Of a stretch of DNA of 64,000 nt, positions 1 to 13,100 are shown piece by piece. The translations under genes and the position numbers were made by a program. A model generated the notes under the pieces. That model did no database searches, was not told the DNA's origin, and saw only the letters and a program-made list of their open reading frames with translations. Source of the DNA: Haliotis cracherodii (Eukaryota); contig NW_027266286.1 in the NCBI RefSeq assembly GCF_022045235.1, forward strand, positions 74,710,001 through 74,774,000. Direction: 5' to 3'. Within the stretch, counting starts at the first letter, position 1; every line of letters begins with the position of its first letter.

Positions 1-486
1 CAAGGATGGAGACTGGACTTTTAGAGTCAGTTAACTCCCTTGCCATGGCAATTTGGGAAAAAATAGTTGTTTTATTCAAAATTTGGATTTTTAAACAGTT
101 CTTTTGTTCTTAAATTCAGACCAGACCAGGCATGCAAAACATACAGACATGTTCCTGACTTGATAATTGCTTTCTCTCTTCCTGTAGATGAAATTTAGGT
201 AGCCTAACCACATAAGTAATCACTGGATCAATTGTAATCAATCATTGTGATCAACTGTCAAAATACTCATCCAGGTCCTTACATTCCTACTTCGGAAGGA
301 TCATTATTGTAACTGGAATATAATTTGATTGTCTTTAATCCCCAACACTCCATGCCTGGCATAATATTATACAGATGACTTCTAACTGAAAAACATCAAT
401 GCAATTGGAGTTTGGGTATCTGTACTTTGGTAATAAGTAAACAGACCGGGTCAACAAAATACTTTCATCCCCAAAAGTGGAGTTAC

Positions 487-578
487 CTTTACTTCCACTG
501 AGCAGCCAATTGTTGCAGAGGGGTTTGATTGTGGTTCATTGTGACAGATCAGATGGACTAGTGATGTTTTACCCACAC
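487..578 (-). CDS. RABL3: Rab-like protein 3, coding exon 2 ([31 protein letters not shown]); gene continues left of the window
   Basis: TTGCAG acceptor and AAG|GTAAC donor. The 92 nt are in phase with exon 1, complete the GDSGVGKT P-loop and give the RABL3-typical 'TIGCSVEV' motif. Confidence 0.9.
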
Positions 579-1576
579 CTGCAATAAAGAACAGTGATGA
601 CTTGTGTGTGCTGTGCTGGGTACATTGTGAGATCCCACAGGTCCATCACATCCTGTTTCTTTAAACTCGTTGTCAGGCACACAACTCTGAAATGTGTACC
701 GGGTACCTACTTTTATTTTGTTTGTTTTCCATTAAATCTGAGACGTAGCCTGAATTTATTTGAATAATTTGTCACCAGATGCCTAAAATAATGCTGATGC
801 AACGATAAAAGCTAAACTCACTCACTACAGGTAATAGGATTGGTTTTGTTTTGATTTAGATGGATTTCTGGGATGCATAATCTAACTGGATAGGAAGTTA
901 GAAAGTTTATATTTTTATGAAATCTCACAGAGCAATGCTACAGTGACAATGTAACAAGATGACAGTGGGTTTTTTCCCAATTGTTATGTCTTAGAAGGCA
1001 GGAAAGTAGACATCAAAATCTTCACTCTGGCATAGATAATGGTAATGGCATAAGAAAAAAATTAACAATATTGCAAACTATTCTATCAGAGTGTGTGTGT
1101 GCATGCCCTTATGTGACAACCTGTGTCAATTCCCCTACTATTTTTTTGTTCACTTCAAGATTTGTATTTGTGACCACTGTATTTTTTCCACAAAAACCTG
1201 TATCCATCTCTTTGTATAGTTACATCCCTTGTCAGTGCCTGGATCCAAATCTCAGCGATCATGGGTTCACACCCTAGATCCACACTGATCAGAATCCAGT
1301 GAAACGATTAAAGGTCAGTCAGCTGCGTCTCTGATTAATCTGTAATAGTCCGTTGTAACTGAAATACTGTTCAGACTATCTTAACTCAAACGCATTTGCA
1401 TCAATTTAGCAGACAGCCAAAGGGAAATAACCCCAAACGTATCACTATTAACTATTCTTGCTGACGTGGCAATCAAATTCTGTTGACATACGGCTTTGCA
1501 GAATTTTGGTAATGTTTGGTTTGGAGCTTGAGTAGAATATGTAGAGTATCTACCGTCATGTTCATTGTCATCTTAC

Positions 1577-1622
1577 CAGAATCGCCGACCACTACAACTT
1601 TAACTTTGTCTATAGCTGCCAT
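1577..1622 (-). CDS. RABL3: Rab-like protein 3, coding exon 1 (MAAIDKVKVVVVGDS-G)
   Basis: ATG at 1622, 46 nt, ends in G|GTAAG donor. The peptide matches the RABL3 N-terminus (human MASLDRVKVLVLGDSG) and the start of the P-loop. Confidence 0.9.
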
Positions 1623-1760
1623 CTTGCCTACTTCCCGTTTCTGGCCTCGGTTAGTATCCGTGATGCGAGGAGCTCTCACTCCATCATTCGGAAAGTCTCG
1701 TAACTTTTCGGGTGTTTAAGTTAGTTGCGTAGCCTAAAACGGCACCCAACCAAATTAACA
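1623..1760. promoter_or_regulatory. Probable bidirectional promoter / 5' UTR region shared by RABL3 and GTF2E1
   Basis: Locally CpG-rich segment just upstream of the RABL3 ATG, with an ETS-like ACTTCCCG and a CGGAAA. The GTF2E1 ATG exon is preceded by an acceptor (TTTTGTAG, ~3262), which implies an upstream non-coding exon. TSS positions are not determined. Confidence 0.45.
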
Positions 1761-3280
1761 TCGTGTTATTTGCTTAAAACGTCGCGATTTGGCTATTTGT
1801 ATTCATTAATCTGAACTGCTAACATATATAGGTTTCTAAAATTGGTAATAGAATTCGCATCGTTTTGTGGCGTTCAAAAAGGTATGTTCAACAAATGTAA
1901 TCGATTAAAATCTGGTGCATGCCCAAAACTTTGGATTTTACTTCCAAAGATCTACTTTTCAGAAATAAAAGGACACTTATGTTACATTGCACCAAATTTT
2001 GGTTCAGACAAGATCGTCACACTTTATTTCACCGACGGTGGGGCTGTGCCAAAGATGTTATGAATAATTTGCGATGCGTCATTTAGGTCGTGGTGCTGAT
2101 TTAGTATGGATACCCAAAGGTCGGTGTGAATATCCAATTGACGGGTTATCGAAAAGTGCAAATGCCAGGGAAATTATTATTTCCTTTAGTAGTGGATAAG
2201 AATGAATCATCCATATAACTAAAATAATCTATGTTATATTTAATATTTTATCACCAGTGCTAATCCAGCAAAGCCTATAATTCACGTCATTCCCCCCAGC
2301 CCCCACCCAAAACAGGGCGATGGGTTTTTTATATAACCTCAAAAGGGAGGTAACACAAATTTCAAAATGGCGTCGAAAATTATTTTGCGGGAAATATTTT
2401 CATAAAGTTATTGTTTGTTGTTTTGACCCTTCTCCTGGACTATACAGCACAACCCCATTTTTAAGTTTACATGTGATCGACTGCGACGCCGAAGGTCGTG
2501 AAAGTAGAAAAAGGATTCACCCCTGGAGCTTCCACATCAACAAACACAAAAGTAGGCTGGATTCAAATAGTATCAGGATATTTAAAACATTCCAAGTTTA
2601 TCTCAGGAGCTAACTCCTATCTGTCGGCGACCGCTGTGGTGGAGAGTTAGGCACAACCTGCCAAAAACAAACACGCCCGAAGCGAAATATAATGATACAT
2701 ATATCATAAAAACACTTATCTTTGCGATTAAATCCAATGCAATTTAATCTTTGATGAAAACACTTGTCATGAAATCATACATTGTAACACACTAAACAAG
2801 TTAGGGCTGGGACGATTCCAAATTTACTACCCGGAACCCGCTGTAGGTCTCAAGAGATAGGTACAAAATGTCTGATTGGGAAACGTTTGACTGTACTCCT
2901 TTCAAAATAAATTTAGATGGAACATGTGTAAACTGATCTGGTCATGCATTCACTGAAATTGACTAAAGTTCTATCTTTATGCAAACGTATAAAGTCAGAA
3001 GGAATGCGAACATTTGTCACTTATCATGCTTATAGTGAAACAATAGAGTTCTAGATAACTGTTGCCATTAAACAATATAATCATGTGACATAGCAGGCAT
3101 ATAGTATACTGCCCAGCATTTTATAACTAAAATGTTGACTTTAAAACGGTCAGTATCAAGTGGTTTATCTGAAGGGCTTTTGTGAATCAGACACATGTTT
3201 TGCTTGTCAGTGTTTCTGAGTAATTGGATGAGTAGATCTAACTTTACTTGATGTTTTTGTAGAGTACAAACAATTCCACA

Positions 3281-3927
3281 ATGGATACTGATGTGGCAAC
3301 TGAAGTTCCGGACTCCCTCAAGCGACTGATCCGGCTGATAGTGCGGGGATTTTATACAGTTGAAACAGCCATTGTTATAGACATGCTGGTGAGGAATCCC
3401 TGCATTAAGGAGGATGATATGTTGGAGTTGCTCAAGTTTGAGAGGAAACAACTTCGAGCAATTGTCAACTCCTTGAAAGTAGACAAAATACTGAAAGTGA
3501 GGATGAGGGTTGAAACTGATAGAGAAGGAAAAACCACAAGACACAATTATTATTTCATCAACTACAATGTGTTTGTGAATGTGGTCAAATATAAACTAGA
3601 CCACATGAGAAGAAAGATTGAACTTGAGGAACGCGATAACACAAGTCGTGCCTCGTTTAAATGTCCGAACTGTTTAAAGTCATTTACTGACTTGGAGGTT
3701 GGGCAGCTTGTAGACCCAATGACAGGCTCCTTACAGTGCACCTACTGCCACACAGAGGTGGAGGAGGATGAGAGCTCCATGCCGAAGAAGGATGCTCGCA
3801 CCACCATGGCCAAATTTAATGAACAGATTCAGGTTATTTATGACTTACTACGGGATTGTGAGGATATCAAACTTGCACCTGAAATCTTAGAACCTGAACC
3901 CATTGACATCACAAAGTTATTACCAAG
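3281..3927 (+). CDS. GTF2E1: General transcription factor IIE subunit 1 (TFIIE-alpha), coding exon 1
   Basis: [25 protein letters not shown]... winged helix plus zinc ribbon FKCPNC..CTYC. Ends at AG|GTAAG. Confidence 0.97.
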
Positions 3928-4022
3928 GTAAGTTATGTGTCAATAATCCCTTTTTGCATGTGTTGTTTTACTGTCATCATGGTCATATTCATAATGATAA
4001 TCATGATATCGAGGTTGAAATC

Positions 4023-4186
4023 GGGTGGTCGGGTAGCCCAGTGGTTAAAGCGTTCGCTCGTCACGCCGAAGACTCGGGTTCGATTCCCGACATGGGTACA
4101 ATGTGTGAAGCCCATTTCTGGTGTCCCCCGCCGTGATATTGCTGGAATATTGATCAAAGCGGCGTAAAACCATACTCACTCACTCA
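4023..4186 (+). mobile_element. tRNA-derived SINE (family A) with (ACTC)n tail
   Basis: A box TAGCCCAGTGG, B box GGTTCGATTCC and ACTC tail. Perfect 13-bp TSD CGAGGTTGAAATC at 4010-4022 and 4187-4199. Confidence 0.9.
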
Positions 4187-4457
4187 CGAGGTTGAAATCA
4201 ATATTTCATGACTTTAATGCAGAGGTAGAGAGAGGCAGAGGTTTCATGGTAGGTATATGAACATGAGGAACCATAATTACTGATGCAGTGGGATTACCAT
4301 GGTTACGAAATATAAATTTATTCAGGTTCCTGTGAGTAGTTTTGTGTTAAAATCACCTTTGCATCAGCATCATCTCAGCCATATAAATGATATAGTGACT
4401 GCAGATTGTGATTATTGGTTATCATGATGTATTGTGTTTAGCATGTTTAGTTTTGAA

Positions 4458-5564
4458 CAATCTCATTAAAATCAGATCTTAGTTCTCTCTACCAATAAAC
4501 AAAGATCTGAGGACATCCCATTAGAGGTCACGTCAGAATGACCTTTCATCCAACCAATCAGAGCGTCGCTTACCAGATCATGAAAGTTTGCAATCTCAAA
4601 AACTTTAACTTCGGGTATTCCGAACGATAGTTGTGGGCTTAACGACTGAACACATACAATCTAGACCATCTATTAGTCATTCCAGAATTTTCTTTTGTAT
4701 AGGTTTCAATCTCATTAAAATCAGATCTCAGTTCAAGCTATTGCTAAACAAAGATCTGAGGACATCCCATTACGGGTCACGTCAGAACGACCTTTCATCC
4801 GACCAATCAAAGCGTTGCTTACCTGGGCCCACTTGCACAAAGTGATCTTAGCGCTAAGATGATCGTAACTCCCATACTTTAACATAGGCTTACAATAGTC
4901 GTAGCGCTAAGATTCCTTTGTGCAAGTGGGCCCAGATCATGAAAGTGACAGTCGGAATGTTTATTCTAATCATGCAAACTAAAAAATGTTAACGACAGTT
5001 GCAGCCCGTACGACTGATACTGTCAAAATTATCGTCTATCTTTCACTTCCGTGGGATAAACATTTGAACGGAGGAGGCGTTGCACAGTTTGTGGGAAAAA
5101 CTGCCATACAATCTCAACCATGTATTAGACATTCCGTAATGTTCGTTTGTCCAATTTTTCAAAATTTTAATCGAGAACTGTGTCAACATATTTTTAAGCG
5201 TAGTCTGAAATGGAAGTCGCCAGGTTGAAACGAGTGCCGTAAAGCTCGAGAAAGCTGCTTTCTTATTGGCTGATGTCGACTTCTTGTTAGTCATTTCAGT
5301 GGTCAGTCAAAGTTCACGAAAGGTCGTTCTGACGTGACCCGTAATGGGATGTCCTCAGATCTTTGTTTAGTGGCAGCGAGATCTTATATCTGATTTTAAT
5401 GAGATTGCCTTCCGATTGGCAAATGTCGACTTCTTGTCCGTCATTCCATTGGTCGGTCAAAGTTCGTGCAAGGTTGGTCTGGCATGACCCGTAATGGGGT
5501 GTTCTTAGATCTTTGTTTAGCGGTAGCGAGAACTAAGACGTAAGATCTGATTTTAATGAGATTG
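4458..5564. mobile_element. Nested non-autonomous DNA transposons: outer MITE, a second copy of the same family inside it (~4707-5407), and a ~110-bp palindromic MITE inside that (~4823-4935)
   Basis: TIR CAATCTCATTAAAATCAGAT.../...ATCTGATTTTAATGAGATTG occurs twice in each orientation. The innermost TIR is CTGGGCCCACTTGCACAAAG/CTTTGTGCAAGTGGGCCCAG. Confidence 0.8.
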
Positions 5565-5650
5565 AGATTTGAAGGATATAAAATGGTTTGGGAAAACATC
5601 CAACATATATGGATTACTGTGATGCTCATGGTAATTTACATGATCTGCAG

Positions 5651-5861
5651 GGCACCAAGTGACAAGAACAGGCCAAACATTGATGCTGAAAAGATGGTCT
5701 GGAGTGGGGAACTGTCTCGGAACAACCGCTTCGGCTACACAGACAACAGCATCACCATCAGCATGGATGAGGATGAAAAGAAGACGACAGTGCAGAAGAA
5801 GGAAGTGCCAGAATGGATGGCCAAGAGCACGGTGGAGGGTGCCACAGTCACTGACTCACAG
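5651..5861 (+). CDS. GTF2E1: TFIIE-alpha coding exon 2 (RAPSDK...KKEVPEWMAKSTVEG...SQ)
   Basis: CTGCAG acceptor and CAG|GTAAC donor, phase-consistent. Contains the conserved KExPxWMxxSTV motif. Confidence 0.9.
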
Positions 5862-6636
5862 GTAACATCATCACCAGATACTGTCTCATTGAACGCTCCA
5901 CGTAGTAGTTTAACCTTTATACATTCCTTACCCGTTATCATGTTTATGTCTTAATCAGTGTTGAGTAGGGTAAGAAAAAAAATCCTTTGAAGACAGTGAA
6001 GAGCAATTGTATTTATACAGCAAGTGTTTTGCAGTCTAGTTTCAGATTCCTGAAATATAAACAGTTTGCTTGGATTAATACTTTGGTCTTTGAGTCTCCT
6101 AGGCTCAACTTGGCTCTTAGGATAGTTTTTCGAACCATTTAGTGTTAATCATATGGTGTTTTATTAGCTGACCTTACTAGACTGATCTGAATTTTACTGG
6201 ACAGGGGCTTCAGACTTCTGGCTCAAGTCTGAGCCTGGTTTGTCCTGTCTGTAGTAAACTATCTCTGAGTCTTGCCTTGATATGTCAGCACCCAACGCTT
6301 GGTTGTGGTTTCACCAAGGGGTTATGTCTGTGACAAGTATTACGTCAGGCTTTCCTTTCACTTTAACTGCTTTGATGTCACTGAAACTCTGCTCACAAGG
6401 GGGTGTTAAACACTACATCATTGTGTAGACTGAAGTTCATGATGTCAAGCAGTGGATTTTTCTGGTTCACACTCAAATATTTACAGATCGCTGTCATATA
6501 ACTGGAATATTGCGAATTGCAGCATTAAACAACAAACAAATGAAAAAATATCAATAATGATCATGATTATCTCACATGGTACAACCACTCCCTTATTCTC
6601 CTTTGATATGGATGTACACAGATTTATTGTGGAAAC

Positions 6637-8316
6637 GCCCTCCTGTCTGATGGAGGAGAGATTCCAGGTTACAATAGGTCCCTTGTGGCCCTCCTGTCTG
6701 ATGGAGGAGAGATTCCAGGTTACAATAGGTCCCTTGTGGCCCTCCTGTCTGATGGATGAGAGATTCCAGTTTACAATAGGTCCCTTGTGGCCCTCCTGTC
6801 TGATGGAGGACAGATTCCAGTTACACTAGGTCCCTTGTGGCCCTCCTGTCTGATGGAGGAGAGATTCCAGGTTACACTAGGTCCCTTGTGGCCCTCCTGT
6901 CTGATGGAGGAGAGATTCCAGGTTACACTAGGTCCCTTGTGGCCCTCCTGTCTGATGGAGGAGAGATTCCAGGTTACAATAGGTCCCTTGTGGCCCTCCT
7001 GTCTGATGGAGGAGAGATTCCAGGTTACACTAGGTCCCTTGTGGCCCTCCTGTCTGATGGAGGAGAGATTCCAGGTTACACTAGGTCCCTTGTGGCCCTC
7101 CTGTCTGATGGAGGAGAGATTCCAGGTTACAATAGGTCCCTTGTGGCCCTCCTGTCTGATGGATGAGAGATTCCAGTTTACAATAGGTCCCTTGTGGCCC
7201 TCCTGTCTGATGGAGGACAGATTCCAGTTACACTAGGTCCCTTGTGGCCCTCCTGTCTGATGGAGGAGAGATTCCAGGTTACACTAGGTCCCTTGTGGCC
7301 CTCCTGTCTGATGGAGGAGAGATTCCAGGTTACACTAGGTCCCTTGTGGCCCTCCTGTCTGATGGAGGAGAGATTCCAGGTTACAATAGGTCCCTTGTGG
7401 CCCTCCTGTCTGATGGAGGAGAGATTCCAGGTTACACTAGGTCCCTTGTGGCCCTCCTGTCTGATGGAGGAGAGATTCCAGGTTACAATAGGTCCCTTGT
7501 GGCCCTCCTGTACGATGGAGGAGAGATTTCAGGTTACAATAGGTTCTTTGTCGCCCTCCTGTCTGATGGAGGAGAGATTCCAGGTTACAATACGTCCCTT
7601 GTGGCCCTCCTGTACGATGGAGGAGAGATTTCAGGTTACAATAAGTCCCTTGTGGCCCTCCTGTACGATGGAGAAGAGATTCCAGGTTACAATAGGTCCT
7701 TTGTCGCCCTCCTGTCTGATGGAGGAGAGATTCCAGGTTACAACAGGTCCCTCGTGGCCCTCCTGTACGATGGAGGAGAGATTCCAGGTTACAATAGGTC
7801 CCTAGTGGCCCTCCTGTATGATGGAGGAGAGATTCCAGGTTACAATAGGTCCCCTGTGGCCCTCCTGTCTGATGGAGGAGAGATTCCAGGTTACACTAGG
7901 TCCCTTGTGGCCCTCCTGTCTGATGGATGAGAGATTCCAGGTTACAATAGGTCCCTTGTGGCCCTCCTGTCTGATGGAGGAGAGATTCCAGGTTACAATA
8001 GGTCCCCTGTGGCCCTCCTGTCTGATGGAGGAGAGATTCCAGGTTACACTAGGTCCCTTGTGGCCCTCCTGTCTGATGGAGGAGAGATTCCAGGTTACAA
8101 TAGGTCCCTTGTGGCCCTCCTGTCTGATGGAGGAGAGATTCCAGGTTACTATAGGTCCCCTGTGGCCCTCCTGTCTGATGGAGGAGAGATTCCAGGTTAC
8201 ACTAGGTCCCTTGTGGCCCTCCTGTCTGATGGAGGAGAGATTCCAGGTTACACTAGGTCCCTTGTGGCCCTCCTGTCTGATGGAAGAGAGTATCCAGGTT
8301 ACAATAGGTCCTTTGT
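6637..8316. repeat. 51-bp minisatellite (~33 copies) in a GTF2E1 intron
   Basis: Unit GCCCTCCTGTCTGATGGAGGAGAGATTCCAGGTTACA(A/C)TAGGTCCCTTGTG. A variant pattern recurs at a 407-bp offset. Confidence 0.97.
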
Positions 8317-8636
8317 GACATGGTCAGACTCAGAGACTTGGTTGATTGCATGTCATCGTGACCCATGAAGATCCGGGTTAGAATATGTCTTCAGCAACCC
8401 ATGCTTGTACTTGTAGTAGCATGTCATCATATCGCAATTGCGTGGAACTGCGTGCTGTCAATCACTAGCATGTCATCGTCCCCCAATGATGTTGATTGTT
8501 GCTCACAATATCAATCACTAGTTTGCCTGGTCCAGAGCACATTAGTTAAAGGCTGTCAGGAAATAGCTGTAATCTTACTGAGTGCAGCACAACATACACC
8601 AGAAATAATGCCAACATCTTCCCTCCATGTTTTTAG

Positions 8637-8832
8637 ATGGAGAGCAGTTACGAGGCCGGTCCATCTCAGGACTTGTCCCAGCTGAATGCCAATGATGAGG
8701 TGATGAACGCCCTGCTGGTTCACGAGCAGTCCAAGCCGGGAGCTGGGCTCCGGATCCCCACAGACAGGGTGGAAGACAACTCCAGCAGCTCATCGGAAGA
8801 CGAAGCCCCCAAACCTGGCCCCTCACATGGAG
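8637..8832 (+). CDS. GTF2E1: TFIIE-alpha coding exon 3 (MESSYE...EVMNALLVHE...PSHG)
   Basis: TTTTAG acceptor and G|GTATG donor. Contains the conserved EVMxALLxHE motif and a Ser/acidic stretch. Confidence 0.9.
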
Positions 8833-8844
8833 GTATGTGTATTG

Positions 8845-10189
8845 TTATGTTTGTGTCACTGACTCACTGTATCAGAGAAACTTGCCAACATCTCTCACGT
8901 TGGAGTAATGTTGTATGTGTGTTGTGTGTCACTGTATCAGAGAAACTTGCCAACATCTCTCACGTTGGAGTAATGTTGTATGTGTGTTGTGTCACTGTAT
9001 CAGAGAAACTTGCCACAATCTCTCACGTTGGAGTAATGTTGTATGTGTGTTGTGTGTCACTGTATCAGAGAAACTTGCCAACATCTCTCACGTTGGAGTA
9101 ATGCTGTATGTGTGTTGTGTCACTGTATCAGAGAAACTTGCCAACATCTCTCACGTTGGAGTAATGTTGTATGTGTGTTGTGTGTCACTTTATCAGAGAA
9201 ACTTGCCAACATCTCTCACGTTGGAGTAATGTTGTATGTGTGTTGTGTCACTGTATCAGAGAAACTTGCCAACATCTCTCACGTTGGAGTAATGTTGTAT
9301 GTGTGTTGTGTCACTGTATCAGAGAAACTTGCCAACATCTCTCACGTTGGAGTAATGTTGTATGTGTGTTGTGTGTCACTGTATCAGAGAAACTTGCCAC
9401 AATCTCTCACGTTGGAGTAATGTTGTATGTGTGTTGTGTGTCACTGTATCAGAGAAACTTGCCAACATCTCTCACGTTGGAGTAATGTTGTATATGTGTG
9501 TTGTGTGTCACTGTATCGGAGAAACTTGCCAACATCTCTCACGTTGGAGTAATGTTGTATGTGTGTTGTGTGTCACTGTATCAGAGAAACTTGCCACAAT
9601 CTCTCACGTTGGAGTAATGTTGTATGTGTGTTGTGTGTCACTGTATCAGAGAAACTTGCCACAATCTCTCACGTTGGAGTAATGTTGTATGTGTGTTGTG
9701 TGTCACTGTATCAGAGAAACTTGCCACAATCTCTCACGTTGGAGTAATGTTGTATGTGTGTTGTGTGTCACTGTATCGGAGAAACTTGCCAACATCTCTC
9801 ACGTTGGAGTAATGCTGTATGTGTGTTGTGTGTCACTGTATCAGAGAAACTTGCCAACATCTCTCACGTTGGAGTAATGTTGTATATGTGTGTTGTGTGT
9901 CACTGTATCGGAGAAACTTGCCAACATCTCTCACGTTGGAGTAATGCTGTATGTGTGTTGTGTGTCACTGTATCAGAGAAACTTGCCACAATCTCTCACG
10001 TTGGAGTAATGTTGTATGTGTGTTGTGTCACTGTATCAGAGAAACTTGCCAACATCTCTCACGTTGGAGTAATGTTGTATGTGTGTTGTGTCACTGTATC
10101 AGAGAAACTTGCCACAATCTCTCACGTTGGAGTAATGTTGTATGTGTGTTGTGTGTCACTGTATCAGAGAAACTTGCCAACATCTCTCA
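8845..10189. repeat. 63-67-bp satellite, left arm (GTF2E1 last intron)
   Basis: Unit TCACTGTATCAGAGAAACTTGCCAACATCTCTCACGTTGGAGTAATGTTGTATGTGTGTTGTGTG. Confidence 0.97.
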
Positions 10190-13100
10190 TGTATCAGTTT
10201 ATTCATATATAACTGTAAGGCCACAGGCCCATAGTACAGAATACGTGACAATGTGGAAGCGGTTAGGAATGTTACAAGGATTCATTTCTTAATAACATGG
10301 CATGATATATAAAGAGAGAGAGATTTTGTATAGCCGTTTTGCTCACATGTGAAATTAAAGAGATAAACTTGTATTTATTTGGATGTACATAGTATTTCTG
10401 TTCAATATATTTTTTCCTTAAATTGTCATATTTACAACATACAAGTAGAAAATGAAATTCATCTTCGACAACATTTAAAGAACATTGTTTACATAATCTT
10501 AAACATTTGGGTATTTTGTTGTGCCTGCCAACTTCAACCATTAACCTGTGTGAGCTGCATCTAAATTGTGTTGATGATATTCTGCATTTTCTTATATTTA
10601 CATCAGTTAAATATTTTTCTGCGCATATTTGCATTTTAAAATATCTATAATATTCACATTTGCTAGAAACATCTACAGTAGATCTCCATGTTTGAAAGTA
10701 CATGTCAAAAAGCGTCTGCCTTATTTTCGATATGAACATGGCATGATTCTCTAAGAAACATTGGTTTTCCCAGATGTAACCATACCCACATTTATACAGT
10801 AGACATTTAACATTGTATGCCCAATTTTGATCTCCATTCTTTTCATACAATAGCATCATATTATAACATTTTTTTGGCAATCTACTTACTGGCATTTTTA
10901 GTAATTTTAACCAGTATCTTATGATTTTTAAGTTGTGATATATATACAAGGGCATGCGACCACATTCACCATAAACCATTACGTTAGACTTACTATGTTT
11001 AACACCAAGAAATCTTTTGCATACGTATAAATGTACGGATTCAATTTCTTTAGCCTCTGCAAAACCCCATATTTCTGAACCATAGGAAAGAATAGGAGCT
11101 ATTTTTGTGTCAAAGATTTTGAAAAAAGATTTATAAGCACACTCGCTAAAATGTTCAAACGTTTGTAAAATGCCCAATAGCATCTTTTTAGCTTGGATTG
11201 CTGCATTACATATATGTCGGTTCCATGATAATTTACTTGAAAATATTACACCAAGATATTTATATGAGGTTTCAGTTTGGAGTAATTGTCCCCGAAAGTA
11301 CCACTTTTCGTTTTTTGACAGCGTATTTCCTTTGCTAAATACAACAATTTTTGTCTTATCTAGATTAGCATTAAGTTTCCACGTATCACAGTACAATTCT
11401 AGCTGATTTATCAAAGTTTGTAAACCTTTCACAGTACTCGAGAACATGATTATATCATCTGCAAATAGTAACATAAATATTTTTATAAGTTCAGGATGTA
11501 ATTGTATACCATCATCATAATTTCTTTTGATTTGGGCTGCAAGCTCATTAATAAAAAAACAGAACAAAAAAGGGCTTAATACACATCCTTGGCGTACACC
11601 AGTATGACATATAAAAGAATCTGAATACATGCCGTTTTGTTTAACACATGATTTAACTTCCTTATAAATACCACATAACAATTTACCCATTTTATTACTG
11701 ACACCATGTGAATTAAATAGATACCATAACTTATCTCTACAGACTGAATCGAATGCTTTCGAAAAATCTACAAATATAGCATACAATTTTCCACGTTTAC
11801 GTTGAATATACCTATCTATAAGAGCCTGGAGAATAAACATATTATCAGTGGTTGAGTAACCTTGTCGAAAACCTGCTTGCTCTTCCTCAATCTTATCAAG
11901 TGCTTCCGACCACAATACCAAGCGTTTATTAATAATGCTAAGAAATATCTTACTGAATATACTGGTAAGTGTAATCCCCCTATAGTTTTCAACATCAGTC
12001 ACTGAGCCTTTTTTGTGAATTGGAACGATGGTTCCAAGTGTCCAACCTTTTGGAAAGTAAGAGGTATCCATTATTGTATTGAATAATATTTCCAAATACG
12101 ACAGGGTATTATCAAGAGAGTATTTAAAGAATTCTGTTATAAGTTTATCAAATCCCGGGCTTTTCAAGTTTTTCAGATTTTGAATAACAGATTTAATTTC
12201 TTCTTTTGAGATTGGGGAATCTAATATTTCCGTTGCAAAATTGGTTTCATCATTATCAAAAGAGTTCAACTGGAAGTTATTTGTGGAATCATCACCGCTG
12301 AAAAGATTTTTGAAGTAATTAAACCACTCATGCATTTCGATGTTACTTTTAGTTTCTTTCTTTTTGCTGATGTTTTTCAAGGTCGTCCAAAACTGTTTTG
12401 ATGAGCTGATACTTTCTTCTAGTTTTTCTCTGCTTCTATCCATGAAATTTTGTTTCTTTTTTCTGCAAGTAGCTTTATACTTATTTTTCGAATCAGTGTA
12501 CTTAGCAAGTGAGTCTTTATCCTTTAATTTTCTGAAATGGTTTAAAAGTGTGCATCTTTCCTTTTTTAACAACTCACATTCCCAGTCAAACCACTGTTTA
12601 CTTTCTCTGTTAGGGGTTACTTCCCTTTTCATTACATTCCCTGCATATGTAATAGCTTCTGTAAATAACGATACACTTTCATCAATATTTGTAAAAACAG
12701 AATCAATAGCTTCTCTTAGGAGGCATGCAAAGGTATCTGATAACAGTCGTTCTTGGAAAATATCTGCTTTGCTGTTATCCCACTTAAACATTGAATGACT
12801 ATGGTAGGCGTTTTCAAATGATGTTTTTCCACCTGAATGAAGCGCTCGTAATGACATTGTGATAGGCAGGTGCTGTGATTCGTGGCGTGACTCAATATCA
12901 AAATTTTGGCACAAGTCAAATATATCTATGGTGCTTATAATGTAATCGATAACACTTGCTCCAGCATTGCCAACAAATGTAAAATCACCTTTCTCGGAAT
13001 CACTTCCACAGCGGCCATTCATAATGTGTACATTTAAAACAGCACATAAATTGATAAAACATTTTCCAAAGTTATTAAGAACAGTATCGTTTGAATATCT

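Noticed and set aside
4023-4095. tRNA gene (also at 45681, 62900 and 39200)
   Set aside because: The A/B boxes run into SINE bodies with tandem tails and TSDs, so these are SINE heads.
6452-8368. Repetitive ORFs (WPSCLMEERFQVTIGPL / ALLSDGGEIPGY) as a repeat protein
   Set aside because: They result from a 51-bp (multiple of 3) minisatellite inside a GTF2E1 intron. Frames shift at 1-bp indels, and GTF2E1 splices cleanly without them.
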